Below, in pieces: positions 54,043-64,000 of a DNA stretch of 64,000 nt. The stretch comes from Antedon mediterranea (Eukaryota > Animalia > Echinodermata), in assembly GCF_964355755.1 (NCBI RefSeq), contig NC_092673.1:30315648-30379647 (forward strand), given 5' to 3'. Position 1 is the stretch's first letter. Every line of letters begins with the position of its first letter. A program made the position numbers and the translations under genes. The notes under the pieces were generated by a model, which saw only the letters and a list, made by a program, of their open reading frames with translations, had not been told where the DNA came from and did no database searches.

Positions 54043-55069
54043 TTTCATTTCATTTTCATTTCATTTTCATTTCTTTATTCGACAACAAGCGGTCCAGGGG
54101 TTGCGACAGCAACAGAGCGCCATAACACATTTGTGTCCGCAACCCCTGTAACATACAACTTAATACAAGTTAAAAATGAATATAAAATATACAGAATATA
54201 TAAAAAATTTAATTAATTTGTATTACTGTGTTACACAATTTAAAATACACCTATACAATTAAAATAATTTAGCATTGATCAAGCAGATATTTTTTCAATT
54301 TCGACAGGAAATTTTTCAAAGGAAGAGTAACTGCTTGATCTTTGATTATGGAGGGTAGTGATGACCATATAACAGGAAAATTGTTGATAGACGAATATTT
54401 TAAAGTATCGGTACGTGCAAAAGGGTGGACAAATGTGAGTAATTCAGGATGGCGTTGATTGATATGGATATTATTATTTACAGTACTACAAAAAGTTACA
54501 TTATAAAAACAACGAAATATAAAGGAAATTAAAATCATTAAACGTCTATCACGTAAGGATAACCAACCCAACGTTATTAAACGTTCGTCGTATGATATAG
54601 GTCCGTAGTGGGGTCCCAGAATACGTCTAGAGGCCCATCGCTGAACCTGTTCGAGGCGTTTTATGTGTCCTCCATTTCTGGGGCCCCACGCCGGCAAACC
54701 ATACTCTAGAATAGGTAGCACCAAAGTTTTGTACAGACACGAAATCGCGTCTGGAGAACAATTTCCGGCTACAGAAAAAATAAAGCCTAACATTCGATTA
54801 GTTTTAGATATTAGATTATCGATTTGAACATTCCAATTCAGTTTAGAATCGATACTCCTAAATGTTTATGGCTATCAACCACCGCAATTGTCTCACCATT
54901 AAGAAAGTACAACGGCTTAACAAAGTTACGCTTTCTGGTGATATGCATTAATTTAGTTTTGTTGACATTGAATTTCATTTGATTCTTATCAGCCCAATTA
55001 GATAAAATATTTATATCATTTTGCAAATTAACAATATCGTTGGCATTTTGTCTGTGTCTATAGAGTATT
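54043..55069 (-). mobile_element. CR1-group LINE 3' fragment, duplicate copy
   Basis: Near identical to 48959-49985 with the same junctions. Confidence 0.88.
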
Positions 55070-55714
55070 TTCTTACTCTTATACACAAACTTACACGGAT
55101 CACGTAACTTATTACATTCATTTAGAAATTCAGAAAATGCTTAACAATGGATTCTAGACACTTCATAATGATCGATGTCAAGGCAACGGGTCTATATTCT
55201 TTGTTAATACTTGGTTTAGGTTTTTTAGGGAGTGGTGTTATTGAGGACTTTTTCCATATCACAGGTATCGTTAAAACAATTTGTCTTCAGTTAGACCAAT
55301 CGCTAAAACAAGTTTTCCTCAGTTAGAATAATTGTTAAAACGAGTGAAGTTTAGTTCAATTCAATTCAATTCAAAGTAACATTTATTTTCTTCAAAATAA
55401 AACAGTCAACAAAATGGTGTAAAGAAAGGTAATATGATTGAAGAAGGCATGATCAAAAAAGCAAAAATCTTGTGACAGACATGCCTAAACAAAGATTAGA
55501 TAAAAACAACACGGAAAAAGAAAATAAATAAATAAATAAATAAATTAAAATAATAAAGAAATAACAATATAAAAAATTTACATAACATGGGTTAAACTAA
55601 ATAAGTAAAATAACAACAAAAAAGAACCAATTTTGGTATAAATAAAGAATTGATTCGTCTTCTTCTTGTTACTCATCATTAAAATTATTATCATAAAATG
55701 TAATATAATAAAAA

Positions 55715-58700
55715 TTAATACTTGGATGTGATATATCTTTTAAGTTTAAATGAAAAGCTTTTCTTAGATACAGCAACTTTAATATTTGAAGGTAGTTTAT
55801 TCCATAGTTTAGGTCCACTAAATCTTATGTTATATTGAAATGAAGTTTTTTTATGAAGAGGGATATGCATATCCTGTACAGTTCGAGTTCTATAATTGTG
55901 AAAAGATGCGTTTGGTTGGAATAAATTTGTAAATTGAGGTGGGTTTAGGGAGTTAATCGATGAGTAGAGAAAAGTATACTGTTGATGATAGTTAAGATCT
56001 TTCAACTTTAAAAGGTTTAGGGAGGAAAATAAGGGATCTGAGTGAGCTAGTGGTGGTGCACCTGATATTATTCGAACTACTTTCTTCTGTTTGATAAATA
56101 ATATGCTAGTGTTGGACTCATACGTGTTGCACCAGACTACATTGCAATAGTTTAAATATGGTAAAATAAGAGTACAATACAAGGTATGAAGAATGTTTTT
56201 GGGAAGAAAAAAAGACAGTCTAAAAATGATACCAGTATTTTTGGATATTTTATTTTCAATTTCTTTCATATGTTGCTTCCAAGTGAGACCTTAATCAATG
56301 GTAACACCAAGAAATTTTGTATTTTCAACGAGTGGAACAATATGTTCATTAATTTTAATATGTCTATCATCAAGATTTACAGGTTTGCGAGTGTTTCGAA
56401 ACAAAATAGAACAGCATTTCTTAACGTTTACGGAAAGTTTGTTTGCTCGGAAATATTCACACACTTTAGTCAGTTTCTGGTTGACAACCGCAAAAAGTGA
56501 CTGAATATTTGGATTTGTATAAAGGAGGGTAGTATCGTCAGCATAGAGGCAGAAAGAAAATAATTTCGAGGATGAACAAATGTCATTTATATATAAAGAA
56601 AATAAAAGTGGGCCAAGCAGTGAACCTTGGGGGACTCCACATGATATAGGTGTAAAATGAGAGGTAACATTGCTATATTTAGTACATTGAAATCTATTTG
56701 ACAGATAACTTTAAATAGATCATGTGCAGGTCCACGGATTCCATAAATGAAAAGTTTGGATAAGAGAATGTTATGATTGATAGTATCAAAAGCTTTTGAG
56801 AGATCAATGAATGTTCCAATAGCAAAATGGTTTTTTTCAAATGCATCCACAATACTATTAGTAAGTTGTAAAAGAGCCATCGAAGTATCATATCCTTTTC
56901 GAAAGGTGTTTTAAAATAAATTTGTATGTCCGATCATAAATGATGCGTTCAAACATTTTGGAGAAAATTGACAGAATGGAGATGGGACGATAATTGCTAA
57001 CATCAGACTTGACTCCAGATTTGTAGATGGGGATTACTTTTGCAAGTTTTAATTTGTTTGGAAACACTCCTTTAGACATAGACAGGTTAAAAATATAGCA
57101 AAGTGGGTGAGAGATAAGGCTACATGTTTGCTTAACTATATTAGTACTAATATCGTCAAAACCTGGAGCCTTATTATTCTTGAAATATTTGACTGTGTTG
57201 AGTATTTCATTATCGTCAACAGGGATAAGAAATAGGGAATTGAGAGTAGGGTTCGGTAAGTAGTCTTTATAATTTGTTGCATGTGATGGTATTTGACTTG
57301 CAAGGGTAGGTCCAATCTGTCCAAAAAACTGATTAAAAGAATTTGAAATTTTAATTGGATCATTTGATAATTCGCCATCACATTCGATTTGTAAGTCGGG
57401 CTGATTATTCTTAAGTTTATTCAATAAAGAATTGATAATTTTCCAAGTTCCTTTGATATCATTTTTATGCTGTGAGAAGGTGTTGTTAAAGTGATCAATT
57501 TTAACTTGTCTAATCAATGTGTTAAGTTTGTTACGGAAACGTTTATATTCATTTTTGTTTTTTTCAGATGGGTTGTGCAAGAATTTAGCATATAATTTGT
57601 GTTTATGTTTTGTGGATTTTAATAAGCCATCAGTCATCCAAGTTTTAAGTTTGCGTTTCTTATTTGTTCTTTGTTCAAGGGGGAAGTTTTTATCGTACAT
57701 ATGTTTAAATGTGGTGTCAAATAAATTATATGCCTCATTTGGATCTTGTGAATTAAAAACATGGTCCCACGAGGTTGCTTGCAAATCTAACTTAAAACTT
57801 TCAATATTGCGCTCGTTAATTTTCCTAGTATACAACATTGAAAGTTCAGATCTCGAATTATGGACAATGTTGGTTAAAGAAGATATGTTAAAAATAGGTA
57901 AATGGTCAGTGGCATCACTATAAATTATTCCATTGTGGTTGGGAAATTCCGTTTGGTTGGTAATTATATTGTCTAACAATGAGGCAGTAGTAGCAGTAAT
58001 TCTAGTGGGGCGGTGAATAAGAGGAAGAAAAAAGTTGCTAAACATGGTATTTATAAAATTGAAAGAATGATTACTTGATTCGTATTTTAAAATATCAATG
58101 TTAAAATCACCTAGTTAGAAAACAGTCTTGTTCTCATTGGAAAGGTTACTAAGTAATAGCTCTATTTTATCTAGGAATGCATTCGTATCCAGTGAAGGGG
58201 CCCTATATATAGTGCCAACAATAATGTTTTTGGCTGATTTTTGTTCAATTTCAATAAATAGGGAATCACAAATAGATTGGTCAATTGACAGATCTTCTCT
58301 TTCTTTAAATGAAAGTTCATTTCGAACAAACATTGCTACACCACCGCCAACTTTCAGATGTCTATGTTTAGAAATAAAAGAGTAGTTTGGAATATGCAGT
58401 AAAGGGCTGTCATGCTTCAACCAACTTTCCGTAATAGAAATTATATCAAAGTTGAAATTTAAGGAATTTAAAAGAATATTAATCGAATCAAAATTACGAC
58501 TAAGGCTTCTGGAATTGAAGTGTATGGTGGAAAAGCTTTTCTTAATATCAATTTCGTTAGTATATTTAGAAAAATCACTTGGATGAAAATAATTAGATAT
58601 ATTCATAGAATCAGTAAAAAATTGAAGATCTGGATCAATATTAGAATTATGATTATCATTAAATGAGAATGGATTAAAAACTAAATTAGAAAGACGATCA

Positions 58701-58783
58701 GTTTCATTTTTGTCAGAATAAACATTGGACATAACAAAGAACAATAAATACAAGTAACGGTATAAGATAGTATACAAGTTCAA
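55715..58783 (-). pseudogene. LINE ORF2 (AP endonuclease + reverse transcriptase), disrupted
   Basis: HFNSRSL, ITESWL, GGGVAMFV, GTIYRAP, LGDFN, TDHLP, NYRPISIL, DLSKAFDTI, LYADDT; in-frame TAA at 58115 and frameshifts near 56900 and 56710. Confidence 0.92.
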
Positions 58784-59097
58784 AAACAGTCTCTGAGTTT
58801 AAGTAAGTTACAGAGGAAAGAACAAGCAAATGTTCATGGAAAAAGTAAGAACAGGAGTCAAACAACTTTGCAGTGAAAACAAAATTAATAAAAGTAATAA
58901 CGCAAGCATGAGGTGAAGCAAAACAGGAAAAAGTGTCCGCAGTGTCATAAATGTCAATAAATTAGCATGCAGTTATTATTCATGATGATAAAAGAAAGGG
59001 ATGCATGCAATTTATGTAAGTGGTAATATAGAGTTCAAATGTTGAATAAGAAAAAGAAACAGTTAATTGTTTACTTCCCTTCGTTTGCTGATCTTCT

Positions 59098-59823
59098 TTA
59101 TGAGATGTTATCTAGGTCCAGAAAAGTACGAATATGGTGTCTAATTTCCTTTCCGTTAGAAACAGAGCTAGCATAGATTCGTCCGTCAATGGACCATGCA
59201 CTCTTCACCTGCTCGTGCCTACTTGCTCTGTATAACAGCTCCCTTCTACGACTGGTGAGGTCTTCCTGTATAGAAATGCCAGAACCCTTTAATTTTCTTC
59301 TCTGTACAATCACTTTCTTTCGGTATTGATATGAAGTAAATTTAACAATAATGGGTCTGGGTTTTGATTTCTTCTCGTTACGTTTGCCTGTGCGATGGGA
59401 TCGATCTATGTGATCGGAGGATAGATCAATAGCCAGCTTATCCTTCACCATCTTAATTATTAGATCATTAGTATTTTCTCCTTCTTTCTCCGACATTCCA
59501 AATACCCTGATGCAATTCCGTCGACTATATTGCTGCAATGAATCTAATTCAGCATCCTGTGCTTGGATTTTTTGCTCAAGATCATTGATTTTATCAAGAT
59601 GATTTGAGGTTTCGCCCATTGCGAGCTCAATGTCGAAAAGCCGACTTTCGATTTTATCAAACCGATCTAAAAGTGGCGTGAGTTTGGACTCAATTACATC
59701 TGATATTACGCATCCTAAGATATCCTTGATTTCCTTACTTTTAAAGGCAATAGCAATGCCGTGGTTGATCATGGCTGCCAGCTCATCGCATTGTAGAATC
59801 TCGGTCTTCGTGGCCTGTACCAC
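59098..59823 (-). CDS. LINE ORF1 (coiled coil + RRM-like), 5'-truncated
   Basis: LQQYSRRNCIRVFGM..IDRSHR..RPIIVKF..IQEDLT..AWSIDGRI. Confidence 0.85.
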   Translation of the reverse strand: MVQATKTEILQCDELAAMINHGIAIAFKSKEIKDILGCVISDVIESKLTPLLDRFDKIESRLFDIELAMGETSNHLDKINDLEQKIQAQDAELDSLQQYSRRNCIRVFGMSEKEGENTNDLIIKMVKDKLAIDLSSDHIDRSHRTGKRNEKKSKPRPIIVKFTSYQYRKKVIVQRRKLKGSGISIQEDLTSRRRELLYRASRHEQVKSAWSIDGRIYASSVSNGKEIRHHIRTFLDLDNIS

Positions 59824-60348
59824 CTGTGTGGAATGCCTAGTAGATTGCTTAGTTAGACCGATCGATAGAATAAGTGATTTTAAGTTAGACCAATCCTTAG
59901 AGCGAGTGTTTTTTAGTTAGACCAACCGTTAGAGCGAGTGGTTTTTAGTTGACCAACCAGTAGAGTTAGTGGTCTTTAATTAGACCAATCGTTAGAACGA
60001 GAATTTTTTAGTTAGAACAACCGTTAGAGCGAGAGAGTTGACCAACCAGTAGAGTTAGTGGTCTGTCGTTAGACCAATAATTAGAAAGAGTGGAATATTA
60101 CTTTCGGGAACTAGTTTACTAAGACGGAAATAAACACAGGTACCGTCGTATAACGTGACCTTTCTTTCTAATATTGTGTCAGTTGCCATTGAGTTGTAAA
60201 CAATGATCCCAATATTTGCCCCAAAATAGTGCTAAATCTTATAAAATATCACTTTTTATTGATATGCCTAATACAATAATGTTTAAAATAAAAAAACCTT
60301 AAAGAAATGTAGCAATAAAACAATACCCAAAAAATTGACGTCATTTTA

Positions 60349-62015
60349 ATTCATAAACCGAACTTCAACTAAATCACCGACTAAATCAGGCCAACCTCGA
60401 CTAAATCGAGACGGATTTTGATCGATTTTTTTAGTCCTGGAGGGGCCAGACTAAATGGTCGACTAAATGTTTTTTAAACGATGTTTATAAAAAACGTAAC
60501 AGTCATTGAGTTGTTATATTGGCCAGATATTGAAGAATGAAATATCTATATTTATATTAGCTTAATTAAATATACATTGGTATAAATTATAATAATGAAA
60601 ATCATCTTTATTTACAACTGTATACAAATTACATTATTTTCTTCACGCAAGTCCGACTTGAGCTACGTCACGCCATAGCGACAATGGGAGATGCGGCAAT
60701 TCACCACGCGATGGAATGTTTAGGGGGCCTAGCGCTTTCTTGTCACGCTATGAAGTGCGTGGTTCGTCGCGATCATACTTTGTTGGGGGCCTAGAAAATA
60801 TAAAAGTTACCGTACCGCCATGGTTCCTAAATATATTTTTAAGATTTTATTTGTTGTTAATCAAATATACTTCACTGTTAAATTAATACTGATATTGTTC
60901 TAATAATTAACGATTAAAATTATTTTTCATGTATATAGTCCTGATGCGTAAAAAGTGTTGTAAGAAATGGAAAGTGATATCAATGCGCAAAATTTTGTCT
61001 GCTCCTCAAATACTCTCTTGTCATTGGCCAATGTATAGCCTTTGTTACCCAGACGGGTGCAACTCGACTAAAAGCTTGACTTCATTAAGTCGAACTGCAA
61101 ACTTCGACTACTTCGTTTTTTAATCGAATTTGAAGTAATAGCTCGAACTACGACTTTTCCAAGTCGAACTTCGAACTACGACTAAAGTCCGGTTTAAGAA
61201 TACGGGCGTAAATCGAGACGGATTTTGATCGATTTTTTTAGTCCTGGAGGGGGCAGACTAAATGGTCGACTAAAGGGTTTTTAAACGATGTTTACAAAAA
61301 ACGTAACAGTCATTGAGTTGTTATATTGGCCAGATATTGAAGAATGAAATATCTATATTTATATTAGCTTAATTAAATATACATTGGTATAAATTATAAT
61401 AATGAAAATCATCTTTATTTACAACTGTATACAAATTACATTATTTTCTTCGCGCAAGTCCGACTTGAGCTACGTCACGCCATAGCGACAATGGGAGATG
61501 CGGCAATTCACCACGCGATGGAATGTTTAGGGGGCCTAGCGCTTTCTTGTCACGCTATGAAGTGCGTGGTTCGTGGCGATCATACTTTGTTGGGGGTCTA
61601 GAAAATATAAAAGTTACCGTACCGCCATGGTTCCTAAATATATTTTTAAGATTTTATTTGTTGTTAATCAAATATACTTCACTGATAAATTAATACTGAT
61701 ATTGTTCTAATAATTAACGATTAAAATTATTTTTCATGTATATAGTCCTGATGCGTAAAAAGTGTTGTAAGAAATGGAAAGTGATATCAATGCGCAAAAT
61801 TTCGTCTGCTCCTCAAATACTCTCTTGTCATTGGCCAATGTATAGCCTTTGTTACCCAGACGTGTGCAACTCGACTAAAAGCTCGACTTCATTAAGTCGA
61901 ACTGCAAACTTCGACTACTTCGTTTTTTAATCGAATTTGAAGTAATAGCTCGAACTACGACTTTTCCAAGTCGAACTTCGAACTACGACTAAAGTCCGGT
62001 TTAAGAATACGGGCG
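60349..62015. mobile_element. TIR-type non-autonomous element with an 807-bp tandem duplication
   Basis: 60403-61209 repeats as 61210-62015; ends ATTCATAAACCGAACTT ... AAGTCCGGTTTAAGAATACGGGCG; subterminal CGACTAAA motifs. Confidence 0.7.
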
Positions 62016-63616
62016 TTAGTATCTGTATTGACAATGATGATTAAGTCGTGATTGTATTGTATCAACAATGTTGTGAACGATTCTATATATACATTGTATT
62101 TTTAGTAAGTTCCACGAAGAACCTGTTAGCAAGAACACTGGTTCCTTTGTAACTAACGACAATATCCTGTTTTGAGAATACCTACACAATTTTAACAAAT
62201 CCATGTCTATTCAATTTTTTTGTAAATACCTACTTTCAATTTTGAAAAATAATCCCCAAAGATATGAGAGTCAGTACCGTTATTCTAGTATCTGGGTTTA
62301 GAACGGCGCTTAACGGGTCGAATACAAGGCTTGTCATATATTATTGAAAAGCTAATCATGATAATTTTATCGTATTTTCACTGCCACGGTTTGTAAAATG
62401 TAACTTACCAAAATTAAAGAAACTTTATAAATTAAATCGTTGATAGACCATTTGGTACAAACGTTATAATTGTCTGATCTTCAATAAACGTAATTGTGTT
62501 TTACGTTTTAACCCACACCAAACTATAACGTTTTAAAAAGTATAGGCCTATCGTGTAAATATTTTGCTTCCAGTCAGTTAGTCAATTAAATGATTTTGTT
62601 TGCCACGTTTTGGGTATTTCCTAACAATGGGTAGGTTAGTAGGAATTTCTTTTCCAGACCAAAGTGGTGTTACCGGCAAAAAAAAATATACACACAAATG
62701 ATGCAAAAAGTCTATATTTTATTTAAAAAACACTTTTCATGTTTTCTTTTTATACCACCTAGGCCCACGCTAGCTATAAATACCTTGTTTCGCAAAAAAG
62801 TGTATTAAATAAAGATAGGCCTAGGTTGTTTAGGCATATGCTAATAGGGCTGCTAGTAGCTAGGCCTAGTGTAGCGAGTGTTTTGTTAGTTAGACCAATC
62901 TTTATAGCGAATGGCTTATGTAACACTACGGATCTGTATTGGCAATAGTGATGATTAAGTCGTGATTGTATTGTATCAACAATGTTGTGAACGATTCTAT
63001 ATAGGCCTACACATTTTATTTTTAGTAAGTACCACGAAGAACCTGTTAGCAAGGACACTGGTTCCTTTGTAACTAACGATAATATCCTGTATTGAGAATA
63101 CCTACGAAATGTTAACAAATCCATCTCTATTCAATTTTTTTTTTATAAATACATACAGTACTGAAAAATAATCCTAAAGATATGCGAGTCAGTACCGTTA
63201 TTCTAATTTTGGTATAACAAGATTAATATCTTAGCGTATCTGGGTTTAGAACGGCGCTTAACGGGTAGAATACAATGCTCGTCATATATTATTGAACAGC
63301 TAAAACGATAATTTTATTGCCCATGATACCCAGCCATCAAACACGTCAAAAGTAAAAGTAAAACTTTGATGTTAAATCATAATAATTTAATACATTACAC
63401 ACATGAAAGCATGTTATCAAAAACCTGACTTTCGTCTAAATGATCCAGTTATTGTGAACAAAAAATGTATTAGTACGTATTAATAAACAATTAAATGTGC
63501 CGTATTTTTAAATCAGAAATATGTTTTTTTCTCTTTCTTCTGAAAACGAAATATTGATTTTAACGGAAATATGTTGGGAGGATTAGTGTCGATTAGGTCA
63601 CATACCCTTACATTTA

Positions 63617-63800
63617 ACCAATCAACAGGTGAGAAATGATTCAAATGATCAACCAATTAGAAAACTAAGGGAGGGGCTATTTGATGTATATAAGCTCCGT
63701 TTTGCCATAGTTGTTGCTAACACTTACTAAGTTCCTGACCACCAGTGAAAGCAAGACCTGACGATTTTATTCAATCATCTCTATCTTTATACAGGTGAGT
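63617..63800 (+). promoter_or_regulatory. Candidate Pol II promoter and non-coding first exon
   Basis: Two CCAAT boxes (~63618, ~63653), TATATAA at 63688, strong donor CAG|GTGAGT at 63794. Confidence 0.35.
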
Positions 63801-63855
63801 ACATGTAGCAGAATTAAAGGTGCCAGCGACTACGAGCAAGTAACTACGATAAAGA

Positions 63856-63973
63856 CTTTTTAGTCGTGTGGACGCGACTCTATTGTTCACTATGTCGGTC
63901 GGTCTGTCGGTCTGTCTGTCGGTCCGGTATCACTATGCATTTTAGCACGCGACTTATGGCTGTTGGCCTTGTT
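63856..63973 (+). mobile_element. Short DINE-1/HINE-like repeat
   Basis: TTTTTAGTCGTGTGGACGCGACTC..(GTCT/GTCG)n..GCACGCGACTTATGGCTGTTGGCCTTGTT. Confidence 0.75.
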
Positions 63974-64000
63974 ATTTTATATTTCTACGTGCAGTAAGCC

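Larger units (their letters stand above)
55357..59848 (-). mobile_element. Near-full-length L2/Crack-type LINE (ORF1 + APE-RT ORF2)
   Basis: (TTGAA)n tail, TSD TTAGTT inside a satellite monomer, ORF1 59098-59823, ORF2 58783-55715. Confidence 0.92.
46087..60328. repeat. Higher-order tandem duplication A-B-A-B (~5-kb period)
   Basis: Units ~46087-48047 (A), 48048-50966 (B), 50967-53130 (A), 53131-60328 (B plus LINE); duplicated ORFs at 48381/53441 and 49186/54269 are offset by ~5.08 kb. Confidence 0.92.

Noticed and set aside
45229-60092. 32-bp repeats as a CRISPR array
   Set aside because: Monomers are contiguous with no unique spacers, there are no cas genes, and the context is eukaryotic.

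Overview
AT-rich, intron-containing animal genomic DNA, most consistent with an invertebrate metazoan (species cannot be called). Host genes: (i) the first two coding exons of a FAM102/EEIG1-family NT-C2 protein gene on the minus strand (10637->7054, remainder probably left of the window); (ii) a three-member cluster of apolipoprotein-L-like (ApoL) genes with conserved exon/intron structure and a shared, unrecognised N-terminal domain. Copy 1 (13104-17553,+) is frameshifted by a ~14-nt deletion. Copy 2 (18606-23280,+) is frameshifted by a 5-nt TA-GGC-TA transposon-footprint-like insertion and carries a duplicated cassette exon. Copy 3 (32006-29068,-) is intact (~432 aa). Two tRNA-Val(AAC)-like genes lie near the left end. 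The rest is a dense mobilome: Penelope-like elements with minimal hammerhead ribozymes in their pLTRs; a non-autonomous LTR element inserted in the Penelope YIDD motif and itself carrying a Merlin-like MITE; Helitrons (one nested in an inverted copy of itself); Helentron-associated DINE/HINE-like repeats; Harbinger- and MULE-like elements; Rex1, CR1 and L2/Crack-type LINEs; a 32-bp satellite inside a ~5-kb higher-order duplication; and an unusual (TA)n-associated ~360-bp repeat with an internal tRNA cloverleaf (anticodon ATC) closed by long-range stems. Coordinates were read by eye and may be off by a few bases; family names come from motif recognition, not database searches.
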